From: Candidatus Altimarinota bacterium
GTDB taxonomy: Bacteria; Patescibacteriota; Gracilibacteria; JBDHUY01
DNA: 64,000 nt
NCBI GenBank assembly: GCA_039809385.1
Contig: JBDHUY010000005.1
Span: 32,001 to 96,000 of the forward strand
Direction of reading: 5' to 3'
The notes below the pieces were generated by a model. It was not told where the DNA came from. It worked only from the letters and a program-made list of their open reading frames with translations, and made no database searches. How positions within the stretch are numbered: the first letter of the stretch is position 1; the number at the start of each line of letters is the position of its first letter. The position numbers and the translations under genes were made by a program. Shown in pieces: positions 28,126-38,329 of the stretch.

Positions 28126-30138
28126 TTATTTTATGTATACTCCCAGTTCTAAGAGAAACGAGTCGAAACTGGCAGGATCGGGCACTCCTGATAGAAGCGG
28201 TTCTTCCACGTTGACAGGAGTTTGAATGCCTTCGATATAGAGCATGATCCGTTTGCGTTCCTGCACGGCCGGACTTGTTTCCAGGACAATGGTATTCTCC
28301 CACTCCTGTTCGTCCACCAGTCCTATAAAGTAGTAAGGCGATGATTTGATGCGGGGAATAATGTCTTCCAGGTATGCTTGCTTTTGCGCGTTGTTCAGTC
28401 CCAACCGTTCCATAATCGTATCTAGGAGAAAACCTTGCAAATTCTCTTGGGCAACCACAAAACCTTTTTCGGGTTTCGTTAGCTTCATCCCTTTACGAAG
28501 CGTGAATTCGTAAAACAGGTACGGTGCCAGCACAAGATCCTTTTTCAAATCTTCCAGGGCCGTTTTTATGGTGACCGGATTCAGCGGATTTTTTCCTAAA
28601 ATTTCAATAAACGCCTCCAGCAGTTTTTTTGTTTTTACGGCAATCAAAGTTTTGTTTGATATAGTAAGCACATTCCAGGTTGCCTTGGTTGTCTCGCTGC
28701 GTACAAGCTCTCCTTGAGGTGAAATGGATATCTGTTCAGGTGCTTGGGTTGGTGGCGGATCGAAAACCGGAAGGGTCCCGCGCCGGTTATCCAAGCGGAT
28801 GGTAAACATGGTTGGTTCTTTGGAAAACACGTAGACTAATGGAGATATATGGGTTACCTTTCCAGTCTTCAGATTTGTACAATCCATCGAATACGCACAA
28901 GGTTGGTTGGGCACATCATTTATGGTACAGACTTCGCGCGGCGGTGTTACTTCTTCACAAAATTCATCCATACCTATATCGCACTCTGGTCCCACACATT
29001 CCGGTCCGGGTAGATTATATGGCTGTGACGCTTGGGGCGGGATATCGACCTGAATGTCGCAACTGGCCTTTTCTCCGCTCTCGGAAACCTCTTGCCTTTT
29101 TTCCCCTACATCCAGACTAATGATCTCGTTGCTCGGTGGAGCGAAGGTGCTTCTTTCTCGGTCCGGAATAACCGCGAATTTCCCCCGGACTCCTGGAATG
29201 CGTTTGAGTCCGGCAATGGCAAATTTACTTCCGTCTTGATTTGTACATTGTCCCCTGCTGTGCTGATCGAGTGGAATACAGGCGGGCAGCTGAACCGTCG
29301 CGCCCGTATTCAAGGCTACCAGACTTTCGGGTATCGTCATCAGTTTTTCGATTGCCGCCCCCGAAAGATTTGCCCTTTTGGAACCGAAGAATCCGACGAT
29401 CTGGATCTTCTCGGCGTTTCCTTTTGCGAGTCCGTTGAGACTGTATTCGGCTTTTCCCGTTTCATCGGTCTGAACCCGCACGTCGGTCAAGATCTCTTTG
29501 GTCGCCTGATCCATAACTACCAGCAATACTTCGACCGACGGAAAGGCTTGAATCTCAAGATCGATCTTTCCCAATCGATTTTCAATGCAGACCGGTTGAT
29601 TTTTTGCCCTTACATTCGCTTGTCCCAACGGCACGAAAAAATCGGGTTGGCTTTTGTCGCTCACCAGTACCGGGCTGCCGCTCCCGTCACTGCCCGAACT
29701 TCCCGTTTCGTAGCTGGGATATAGGGTATATTTTTGAAAAACGCCGACCATGCCGTTCTCACCCATAAAATATCTTTCCATATTTTCCCGGTTGAATTCG
29801 CCGTTGCTAACGAACGGAATTCGAATATGATTGTTATCACCCGCCTGATAGATTTCTCCTACGAGAGGCGAGATTTGCGATTCGTCTTTTCCCATGATCT
29901 CAACCTTTACCGGCGTTCTGGCCGGGGCCAGCAGATCGAAACCGAAGTCTACGGCTTTTTGGCAATCCGGTACGCTTTCCTGCATTTTGCATATCTGGAG
30001 CGTATCTCCCTGCAACGAATAATATTGGCCGGATTGTGGCTCGATCACTGTGGCATAGGATGCCAATACATCTTTGACATGTATTAGACTAAAAAATAAA
30101 AATGTCCCAGTGATAAACCAACGAGTTTTGAAAGTCAT
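28126..30138 (-). CDS. Secreted hypothetical protein with a C-terminal KPVIYLYP...EWGG-like domain
   Basis: Signal peptide; SPLVYVF, YLFYE, KGFVV, LGLN, LETSP...R and LELG motifs. Confidence 0.65.
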   Translation of the reverse strand: MTFKTRWFITGTFLFFSLIHVKDVLASYATVIEPQSGQYYSLQGDTLQICKMQESVPDCQKAVDFGFDLLAPARTPVKVEIMGKDESQISPLVGEIYQAGDNNHIRIPFVSNGEFNRENMERYFMGENGMVGVFQKYTLYPSYETGSSGSDGSGSPVLVSDKSQPDFFVPLGQANVRAKNQPVCIENRLGKIDLEIQAFPSVEVLLVVMDQATKEILTDVRVQTDETGKAEYSLNGLAKGNAEKIQIVGFFGSKRANLSGAAIEKLMTIPESLVALNTGATVQLPACIPLDQHSRGQCTNQDGSKFAIAGLKRIPGVRGKFAVIPDRERSTFAPPSNEIISLDVGEKRQEVSESGEKASCDIQVDIPPQASQPYNLPGPECVGPECDIGMDEFCEEVTPPREVCTINDVPNQPCAYSMDCTNLKTGKVTHISPLVYVFSKEPTMFTIRLDNRRGTLPVFDPPPTQAPEQISISPQGELVRSETTKATWNVLTISNKTLIAVKTKKLLEAFIEILGKNPLNPVTIKTALEDLKKDLVLAPYLFYEFTLRKGMKLTKPEKGFVVAQENLQGFLLDTIMERLGLNNAQKQAYLEDIIPRIKSSPYYFIGLVDEQEWENTIVLETSPAVQERKRIMLYIEGIQTPVNVEEPLLSGVPDPASFDSFLLELGVYIK

Positions 30139-30478
30139 GCTGACAGTCTTTATTGAACATTCTGTACAGTATACCATAGAGAAACTATTTCTTTCAATGC
30201 AGTACCGGCGGCGATTTTTTTTCTCCGGATTACAGCTTGACTCGTCTTGTACCTGCTGGTAGTTTTAAGCAAACAAACCAAAACGCAGACATGATATTGT
30301 TGGCTTTTGGCGTATTCGATATAGGTAAGAATAATGCGGAGAGTCCCTGCAACGTTCTACCTAACAACATTCATGGCAGGTATCTCTTCCTCAGAAATCT
30401 TCTCATAAGAAAATATGCGTATAGGATAAAAACATAATCGATTCTTCCTCCGCATTTTATTTTTTACTTATTTCCCGT

Positions 30479-31189
30479 ATGTCCAAGCAATCATCCGGTA
30501 TGTTGCTCGTTGGTCTGCTCCTGGGAGCTAGTTTGACCTTTTCTTTTCAGTATGCGGTCGGCATCGATAAAGATCCCGAACCTTCCGGTACTGCCACACT
30601 TTCCTTAACAGCTCCCAAATCGGTCAGTGTCTTAACAAATACAGGCGGATTTACCGTTCCAACGATACTTCAATATAAACAAAACAGTTGTACTTCCTGC
30701 AGCGGACAAGATGTGGTAAATGAGATCATGATCGATGTAAACGGCGATGGGTTGACCGATATCGCGAATGTGGACAAGGATCCATACACTGGAAATAATA
30801 CCTATCTGAATAACGGCGACGGAACATGGGTGGTGGGAAAAGGCGTACAGGAATATGACGGCTATAACTATGTGTACCACTATACGGATATTAACGGAGA
30901 TGGAAAAGTTGAGCAGCTCCAGACTCAGTGGCAGCCGAGTGGTGACGGGTATTATTTTGTTACAATTAGCGGTACGGGGCTTGTTACTAATGCAAGTGTC
31001 AAAGTTCTCTCCACTCGACCATTTGAACGTGGCTTGCATTTTATGGATGTCAATGGCGACAGTTTACCCGATATGGTCATATCCGGGTATGATTTTCAAG
31101 GATCTTCCGGCTCGAATTACCTATACAAAGCCGTATTTCTGAATACCGGAACAGGCTGGGAAAAAGTGTACGAGGCAGTTGGTTCATAA
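30479..31189 (+). CDS. Exported FG-GAP/VCBS-repeat protein
   Basis: N-terminal hydrophobic segment; DVNGDGLTDI, DINGDGK, DVNGDSLPDM, YLNNGDGTW, FLNTGTGW. Confidence 0.85.
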   Translation: MSKQSSGMLLVGLLLGASLTFSFQYAVGIDKDPEPSGTATLSLTAPKSVSVLTNTGGFTVPTILQYKQNSCTSCSGQDVVNEIMIDVNGDGLTDIANVDKDPYTGNNTYLNNGDGTWVVGKGVQEYDGYNYVYHYTDINGDGKVEQLQTQWQPSGDGYYFVTISGTGLVTNASVKVLSTRPFERGLHFMDVNGDSLPDMVISGYDFQGSSGSNYLYKAVFLNTGTGWEKVYEAVGS

Positions 31190-31225
31190 GCTGTAGCTAC
31201 GCTTTATTCCTCTTCTTTGATTCTT

Positions 31226-34200
31226 ATGAACTTCTCTATACAACTACAGCGACGTCAGGTGCGTGCCGGTTCTGTACTCCTTGTCATCCTTATCGCGCAA
31301 TTGCTTTTCTCATCAACAGCTTTGGCTCAGGAAACAGGAAATATCCCCGGGGATATCGCCCCGCCGACCGCTTCAGGATCAGAAGTGGGGACAACTACCC
31401 TTATACCGGAAGCAACTGAAATCTCAGATGAAACGGGATCAGACAGTTTTGACGTATCTACTCACAATGCCTCTGCGGAAAAACGTCTGGAAAAGATTGC
31501 GCCGGAAACTGCGTCGGCTTCTACCGAACCTGACACGCTACCTCCTTTTAATCCGGGAGGAATAGCACACCACGCAAATCAGGGCGATACGCTGCAAGAA
31601 TTCAGCGGGACCTTCAATGCCGATCTTTTTAGCGGAAGCGCATCCTTTACCTACCCGTTGCAACTTCCCCCGGGACGGAACAATCTGACTCCGGTACTCG
31701 GCTTGCACTATTCATCGGCAAATTCACGCCCGGACAGTCTGGCCGGTTTTGGGTGGGATAGTACGTCTTCATCGATTACCAGAACAAGCAAAAAACCGAT
31801 TCAGGATATTTTTACGGATACTACATTCACTTCCTCTATTTTTGGTCAAAACGAAGAACTTGTCCTGGTAAATGCGGCCACCGGCGAATACCGTCCCAAG
31901 GTAGAAGGGTCCTTTCGTATATATACCCTGAACAACAATACCTGGCTTGTGAAAGATAAAAATGGAACCGTGTATACGTTTGGCAACTCATCCGCAAGCA
32001 GACAGGATGATCCTCTGGATGCCAGCCATATCTATCAATGGATGCTCGAAAAGATCGAAGACCGGAATGGCAATACCATGCTGTTTTCCTATACCAAAAA
32101 CCAGGGATACGTCTATCCCGACACCATACGATATACCGGCAATGGGAACGACCCGGGAATATATCAAGTCCAGTTCGGATATGCCCCGCATCCCCGCCCA
32201 GTAGAGCGATATGCTACTGGTTTTTTCGTTAAGTTATCCCAGCGGTTGACTAGTATCAATATTCAGGTCAAGCATGGCGCCTCCTATGAAACGGTCAATA
32301 GCTACCAACTCTCCTATGATGATAGCGATGTGCGGGGCCTTTTGTCTCAAATCCAGATTGTCACGGCCAGTGGAACGCTTCCGCCCACTAGGTTTGGTTA
32401 TACCCATGATGCTCCGGTCGGGACGCCGTATATACCGAGCGGACTTCTCCAATTGATCCAGACTCCGTACGGAGCAAGTACTCAATTGATGTATCGGTCA
32501 TCGGCGCAGTATATCGATGCTATCGGTATGAGACTGAACCCGAAATTGCCGTTTACCATGACCACGGTTGCGCAAGTAAGTACCAAAAATACTTCGGCAG
32601 ATGTGCCCAAAGTTATGACATACGAATATGCCCAGGGGCATTATTTCACTGATTTTTATGACCACACCAAACGCGAATATGCCGGATTCGGTATAGTGAC
32701 GGTGAAAGATGCGGCTGGAAATGTACAAAAGAACTATTTTCATCAGAGTGAGAAAGATTTCAGCAATACAGCTGCCGCCGCTTGGGGCGAATACCAGGAT
32801 CATTTGAGTAAAAAAGGGCTGATATACCGATCGGAAAGCTATGACCATGCCGGACATCTCTATGCTGTTTCGGTCAACAAATACGATCGTACCGACTTGG
32901 GGAATGCTCGTAACTTTCCTTTCCTGGTGCAATCGGTGAGTATGAGTTACGACGGTACCGCTACGCATCGCGACACGGCCGTCTCCTATACCTATGATGC
33001 CTATGGCAATGTTCTGACACAAAAAAATTGGGGCGAAGTGGTCGCTGACAATGCTGGTTCGTTTACCGACTTGGGAAATGATACGGTTATACGGGAGACA
33101 TCGTATGCTCTCAATGCTGCCGCGTATATTACTGCACTACCCCAGCAGGTGGTTATCAAGGACGGTTCGAATAGCATCTTGCAACAACAACGTTTCTACT
33201 ACGATGGATTAGCGCTGGGGGAGGTTTCAAAGGGCAATGTAACCAAACAGGAGGACTGGCTCAAGGAATCTGACCGGTTTATCCCTGTAAAACAACAGGC
33301 GTTCAACGCATTAGGGCTTCCCACATCTGTCACCGATGCCCGCGGAAAAGTTACGGCATATACCTATGATACGTTCAATCTTTATCCATTGGCTGTTACG
33401 AACCCGCTGGGACATGGGTTCTCTTTTGTGTACGATTATGATTCCGGGAAAGTCAAAGAGACACTCGATCCTAATGGAGCCAAAACCACGAACACGTATG
33501 ACAGCTTGGGAAGATTGCTCGAGACCAGAGTTACCAACCCGACCAATCCCAGCTCCCAGCTGATAGCCAGCAGTATGCAGTATTTTGATGCCGAGATTCC
33601 GGTTAGAATCGTTACAACCCAGTTTAATGGTCAACCTGGAGATGTGGGCAAACTGACGATCAAGTTTTTCGATGGGTTCGGCCATTTGTTGCAAACCAGA
33701 AATACCGCCGAAGCAGTGAACGAGTATGCCGTTACCTCGATCCTGTATGATGAACAGAACCGTGTGAAAAAAGAGTTGCTGCCCATATTTGAGACCGGTG
33801 CCTCCTTTACAGTTCCAAATGCTAATGCTCCGGGAAGCAGTTTCAGCTATGATTCGCTGGATCGTGTCCTTGCCGTCAGTAATAGTCTGGGTACAACTGC
33901 AACGAGCTATGACAAATGGACCAAACTCGTAACTGACGCCAACGGTCATCAAAAGAAGTTTTATTTTGATGCTTACCAAAATCTTGTTCAGGTTGATGAA
34001 AAGAACGGATCTGCTACATACACGACCCGCTATGACTATGACCGCTTGCAAAGATTGGCAGCGATTACCGATGCCGAAGGTAACGTTCGTAATTTTACTT
34101 ATGACTCGCTCTCGAGATTACTTTCCCAGGATATGCTGCACAAGCCGACAGCTAACAGCTCACAGCTGACGGCTTGGAACTATACATATGATGATACCGG

Positions 34201-37200
34201 TAATGTTGTACAGAAGACTGATCCGAATGGCCAGGTGGTCAGCTATACTTACGACGATTTGAACCGTCCGTTGACGGAAGATTTTGCTGGAACAGCCGGA
34301 GTGGAAGTGAGTAATGAATATGATATCGGGATCTACGCCAAGGGCAAAGTAAACAAAGTGAGTACCGCCGGATTGGTGCAGGAATTTGGATATGGCATTT
34401 TGGGAAATCAAGAAGTCCTAACACAGCGAATTGACGGAAAGGTCTATAATACCTATACTTCATATGATCTGCTGGGGAACGTGCTGAATGTGTCTTATAA
34501 TAATTTTAAGACGATCAGTTATCAGTACAACAAAGCCTATTTGATCGATCGGGTGACGGAGGGGCTCAATGTCCTGGTAGCCAATGTGGACTACAATCCG
34601 CAGGGACTCATTAGCAAAATTGATTTTGGTAACGGCACGAGTACGGTCAACACCTACGATCCACAGAAGCTGTATCGTTTGACAAACAAAAAAACGACCA
34701 AGGGCGCGAATATTGTCTACCAGAATATCGATTATACTTACGATCCGGTTGGAAATCTGATCAATATTACCGAGAACGCTGCTACCGCGGCCCAACGCAA
34801 CGCTGTATATACATATGACGATCTTGATCGGCTTCTCTCTGCGACGACGATCCGCACTGATTCTCTTTCTGCCAATCAGAATACATTTATACAAAACTTT
34901 GACCAGCTTGTGGCTGCCCGTGTAGTCGAAGGTGATGTTGTAGCAAAAGACCTGACTTCCGCTGTGACAAGCTCTGCTGTAACTTTGACCAGTCTGACCC
35001 CAGGTAGTGGCCTGGCAGGTGCAAGTATAGTGGCTTTGGGGACAAATTTTGCGCCGACTAATAACGAGGTCAATTTTGTCGGATGTCAATCCGCGACAAC
35101 AATTTATGGTATCTCTTCGGCAAACGGTACAACTTTGAATTTTGCTGTCCCTTTTTCATCAAACATCTCTGATAACTGTATTGTGATGATTCGAAGTAAT
35201 AACGTATTGAGCAACGGACTTCCTTTTACTATAGTGGCCAGCAACTCCAATACAAATTCCAGTAACCAGAATCAGAATACCAATTCTCTTACCCAAACAT
35301 TTAGCTATAGTCCTACTGGTAATATCCTGTCCAATTCACTTCTGGGCAACTACGTCTATAATGGAACGTCCAACGCCAATCCCCAGGCTGTGACGCACAT
35401 AGGATCGGAACGCAGCTATATGTACGATAAAAATGGGAATGTTATCGCAACAGCAAATGCCGGTGTATCTCACAACCTGCGCTATGATTATCGTAACAAC
35501 ATGGTCGAGTCCAGCACAGGGACAAGTGTGACCAAGTATATGTATGACGCCAGACATGGTCGCATGAAAAAATGGAATGTTCCATCCCCCGCAGCTGTTT
35601 GGCATAATACTATTGCCGATACCGACTGGTCGAACTTGCTCGTCCAGGTCGGAGAAACGGATACAGCCACTGAGACCCCGGTTATTCTGGCGGCTGCCGT
35701 AACCGGCCCTGTAACGCTCTCCGGATTGAATCCGACCAGCGGCCCCCCCGGAACCGTAGTAACCTTGACCGGAACAAATTTTAGCAGTACGTCCAACCGG
35801 GTCCGCATGGAATGTACGGGGACGGGCGGAGGGCAAAAAAATATAAGCGAACTATCTTCTGCCAACGGAACCTCTCTCTCTTTTACCGTTCCAAGCAGTC
35901 TCTCGGGTTTTCAGGGAGCGTGTACGGTCAGTGCCAGAAACAGTACCGTCGCGACCTATAGCAATGGCTTGGTCTTTACGGTGAACGGAGTCGCTACGCT
36001 TGCCGGGCTCTCGCCTGCGAGCGGACCTCCCGTTACCAATGTTACCGTCACCGGAACCAACTTCACCAGTACGGGAAATACAGTTCAAATGAAGTGTGGT
36101 ACGGCCGGAGTAAAAAGTATCGCGAACCTCGTTTCCGCGAATGGTACTAGCCTCACGTTCTCTGTTCCCGCCGCATTGTCAACCTATCAGGGAAACTGTA
36201 TGGTCAGTGTACGAAACAGTAAAGTCAGTCTCTATAGTGCCGAATTGCCTTTCACGGTCAAGGGAGGCGTTACACTGTCCGGTGTAAATCCGGCTGCCGG
36301 ACCGGTGGGAACGGCTGTTACGCTGGCTGGTGAAAATTTCAGCAGTACCGGAAATACCGTCAAAATGGTGTGTAGCGGTACGGGCGGAGGAACCAAAACC
36401 ATAGCTTCAATCGATTCTCCCAGCGGAACATCGGTCGTCTTTACGGTTCCGGCTACTCTGTCTGCCTTTACTGGCAATTGCAACGTGAGCGCGCGCAGTT
36501 CCGCCATTGCGACGTACAGTAACTCGCTGGTGTATAGGGTGGGGACTGTTGCCACGAATGGGAATGGAAACAGTTCCAACCAAAACACCAATGCTCAAAA
36601 CGCGAATAGCAATGGGGCTAATTCCAATATAAACAGTGGCAGTAGTAATGCTAATGTGAACGCTTCCAATCAGAATATCAATGCAGCCAACGTTAATATA
36701 AATCTGAATGTCAACAGCCCGGCCGGTAATACAAATGCCAATATGGCAAATCAAAACCTGAACGCTCCCCAGGGAGTTCCGGTTATCTCCACGGTCACCC
36801 CCGACTCCGGTGCGGCTGGTACGCTGGTAACGCTGCATGGTTCAGGGTTTACCGCTACGGGCAATACGGTGACGTTCAAGAAGTGTTCACCTTTGTATCA
36901 GTCGGCATCTGTCTCCAATCTATCCTCGACCAATGGCACTGACCTGGTCTTTGCCATTCCCGCGACTCTGACCGAGCCGGGCCTCTGTCAGTCCCTTCTG
37001 GTCGGGAATCCCAATGGATTTAGCAACAGTGTCTCTTTTACGATCACCACAGGCACTTCAAATGTAAATACCAATCTGAATGGCAATGGGAATACCAATG
37101 GCGAGAATGGTAATACGAACGGAAACGGGGGGAACGGTAATACAAATGCTCCGGCCAGTAATATGACGCTCTATCTGGGGGGCTATGAGGTAGAGGGAAC

Positions 37201-38293
37201 CGCCGATCCGAACGGTGTTTTGACAACGCAGAATCTCAAGCGGCTGAATATCAACCTGGGGTCTGACCAGGGGGTTTCGATTGAGACCGATCTGTCCAGT
37301 AATGTGACAAGGTATGTCTATCATCATACCGATTTTCTGACCGGCGGTTCGGTGGATACCGACCAGAATGGCTATATGCTCCAGGTGCAGGATTATATGC
37401 CTTTTGGGACGAATCGGGTTGATCAGCGGTTTTCATCGTATGCGAATAAGAAGAAATTTACGGGGAAAGAGCTGGATGGCGAAAGCGGGCTGTATTACTA
37501 TGGGGCGAGGTATTATGACAGCGATATTGGCCGGTGGATGGGGTTGGATCCGCTGGTACTGGGGGAGGTAAAGGAGAAGAAGATCGCGGATCTCCTGATG
37601 AATCCCCAGGAGCTAAACGGATATACGTATGTTTTGAACAATCCGCTCAAATATGTGGATATAACGGGATTACTTACCCAAGTCATTGTTCGGTCTGCCC
37701 GAGGATTGGCTGACATTAAGGACTTTGGGCATGTGGCAATCAGTATCAATGGAAGATGTTATGATTTTTACCCTATAAGTAACGATGCAGGTAAAAATCT
37801 TACAACGGGAAATCAGATGGTTCGAAATGTAGGAACTATATCGGACTTTATTAATGATCCAACGAATAAACCTGGTGATGTATTTTCGATATTTACCTTA
37901 AGCAGCAATATTTCTCTAGAACAAGAGAAAATGATTGAGGAGTATCTTAAGTCATATAATCTATCAGATAATGGGTATTCGGTTGGAGGTGCTTTCATAG
38001 AGAATGGTGGCGAAGTTTGTACAACGGTAGTGATTAACGCACTTAAAGCTGGGAATGTCTCCATCCCTCGTGTGGTAGATCCAGAGGGTCTAAGAGTCAA
38101 CTTAATGCTATATTATGTTGCTTCACAATTGGGGCATGTTAATAGTATTGTAAGTTCAGTAGAAATTATAACACTTAAAGAGGCTATGAAAAAATTCCAA
38201 GGCGGTATATTTACAAACATTGTTAATCCTGCTCCCATCTATGGGCCGCCTGCTCCTTCAAAGAAAGGACAGAATTCCGGCGCCTATCCATAA
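31226..38293 (+). CDS. Sec-exported SpvB/TcB-like YD-repeat RHS protein with five IPT/TIG domains and a variable C-terminal domain
   Basis: Signal peptide; SGSASFTYPLQLPPGRNNLTP.L.L.YSS...GFGW (SpvB); REYAGFG.V; YD repeats; FTGKELDGESGLYYYGARYYD...NNPLKYVDITG RHS core. Confidence 0.9.
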   Translation: MNFSIQLQRRQVRAGSVLLVILIAQLLFSSTALAQETGNIPGDIAPPTASGSEVGTTTLIPEATEISDETGSDSFDVSTHNASAEKRLEKIAPETASASTEPDTLPPFNPGGIAHHANQGDTLQEFSGTFNADLFSGSASFTYPLQLPPGRNNLTPVLGLHYSSANSRPDSLAGFGWDSTSSSITRTSKKPIQDIFTDTTFTSSIFGQNEELVLVNAATGEYRPKVEGSFRIYTLNNNTWLVKDKNGTVYTFGNSSASRQDDPLDASHIYQWMLEKIEDRNGNTMLFSYTKNQGYVYPDTIRYTGNGNDPGIYQVQFGYAPHPRPVERYATGFFVKLSQRLTSINIQVKHGASYETVNSYQLSYDDSDVRGLLSQIQIVTASGTLPPTRFGYTHDAPVGTPYIPSGLLQLIQTPYGASTQLMYRSSAQYIDAIGMRLNPKLPFTMTTVAQVSTKNTSADVPKVMTYEYAQGHYFTDFYDHTKREYAGFGIVTVKDAAGNVQKNYFHQSEKDFSNTAAAAWGEYQDHLSKKGLIYRSESYDHAGHLYAVSVNKYDRTDLGNARNFPFLVQSVSMSYDGTATHRDTAVSYTYDAYGNVLTQKNWGEVVADNAGSFTDLGNDTVIRETSYALNAAAYITALPQQVVIKDGSNSILQQQRFYYDGLALGEVSKGNVTKQEDWLKESDRFIPVKQQAFNALGLPTSVTDARGKVTAYTYDTFNLYPLAVTNPLGHGFSFVYDYDSGKVKETLDPNGAKTTNTYDSLGRLLETRVTNPTNPSSQLIASSMQYFDAEIPVRIVTTQFNGQPGDVGKLTIKFFDGFGHLLQTRNTAEAVNEYAVTSILYDEQNRVKKELLPIFETGASFTVPNANAPGSSFSYDSLDRVLAVSNSLGTTATSYDKWTKLVTDANGHQKKFYFDAYQNLVQVDEKNGSATYTTRYDYDRLQRLAAITDAEGNVRNFTYDSLSRLLSQDMLHKPTANSSQLTAWNYTYDDTGNVVQKTDPNGQVVSYTYDDLNRPLTEDFAGTAGVEVSNEYDIGIYAKGKVNKVSTAGLVQEFGYGILGNQEVLTQRIDGKVYNTYTSYDLLGNVLNVSYNNFKTISYQYNKAYLIDRVTEGLNVLVANVDYNPQGLISKIDFGNGTSTVNTYDPQKLYRLTNKKTTKGANIVYQNIDYTYDPVGNLINITENAATAAQRNAVYTYDDLDRLLSATTIRTDSLSANQNTFIQNFDQLVAARVVEGDVVAKDLTSAVTSSAVTLTSLTPGSGLAGASIVALGTNFAPTNNEVNFVGCQSATTIYGISSANGTTLNFAVPFSSNISDNCIVMIRSNNVLSNGLPFTIVASNSNTNSSNQNQNTNSLTQTFSYSPTGNILSNSLLGNYVYNGTSNANPQAVTHIGSERSYMYDKNGNVIATANAGVSHNLRYDYRNNMVESSTGTSVTKYMYDARHGRMKKWNVPSPAAVWHNTIADTDWSNLLVQVGETDTATETPVILAAAVTGPVTLSGLNPTSGPPGTVVTLTGTNFSSTSNRVRMECTGTGGGQKNISELSSANGTSLSFTVPSSLSGFQGACTVSARNSTVATYSNGLVFTVNGVATLAGLSPASGPPVTNVTVTGTNFTSTGNTVQMKCGTAGVKSIANLVSANGTSLTFSVPAALSTYQGNCMVSVRNSKVSLYSAELPFTVKGGVTLSGVNPAAGPVGTAVTLAGENFSSTGNTVKMVCSGTGGGTKTIASIDSPSGTSVVFTVPATLSAFTGNCNVSARSSAIATYSNSLVYRVGTVATNGNGNSSNQNTNAQNANSNGANSNINSGSSNANVNASNQNINAANVNINLNVNSPAGNTNANMANQNLNAPQGVPVISTVTPDSGAAGTLVTLHGSGFTATGNTVTFKKCSPLYQSASVSNLSSTNGTDLVFAIPATLTEPGLCQSLLVGNPNGFSNSVSFTITTGTSNVNTNLNGNGNTNGENGNTNGNGGNGNTNAPASNMTLYLGGYEVEGTADPNGVLTTQNLKRLNINLGSDQGVSIETDLSSNVTRYVYHHTDFLTGGSVDTDQNGYMLQVQDYMPFGTNRVDQRFSSYANKKKFTGKELDGESGLYYYGARYYDSDIGRWMGLDPLVLGEVKEKKIADLLMNPQELNGYTYVLNNPLKYVDITGLLTQVIVRSARGLADIKDFGHVAISINGRCYDFYPISNDAGKNLTTGNQMVRNVGTISDFINDPTNKPGDVFSIFTLSSNISLEQEKMIEEYLKSYNLSDNGYSVGGAFIENGGEVCTTVVINALKAGNVSIPRVVDPEGLRVNLMLYYVASQLGHVNSIVSSVEIITLKEAMKKFQGGIFTNIVNPAPIYGPPAPSKKGQNSGAYP

Positions 38294-38329
38294 TAAAAGG
38301 AAATCTGTGAAATAAAAAATAGCGTAAAA

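Noticed and set aside
31226-38293. Complete Tc (ABC) toxin complex or T6SS effector
   Set aside because: No TcA, VgrG or PAAR in the window, and the protein has a Sec-type signal peptide.
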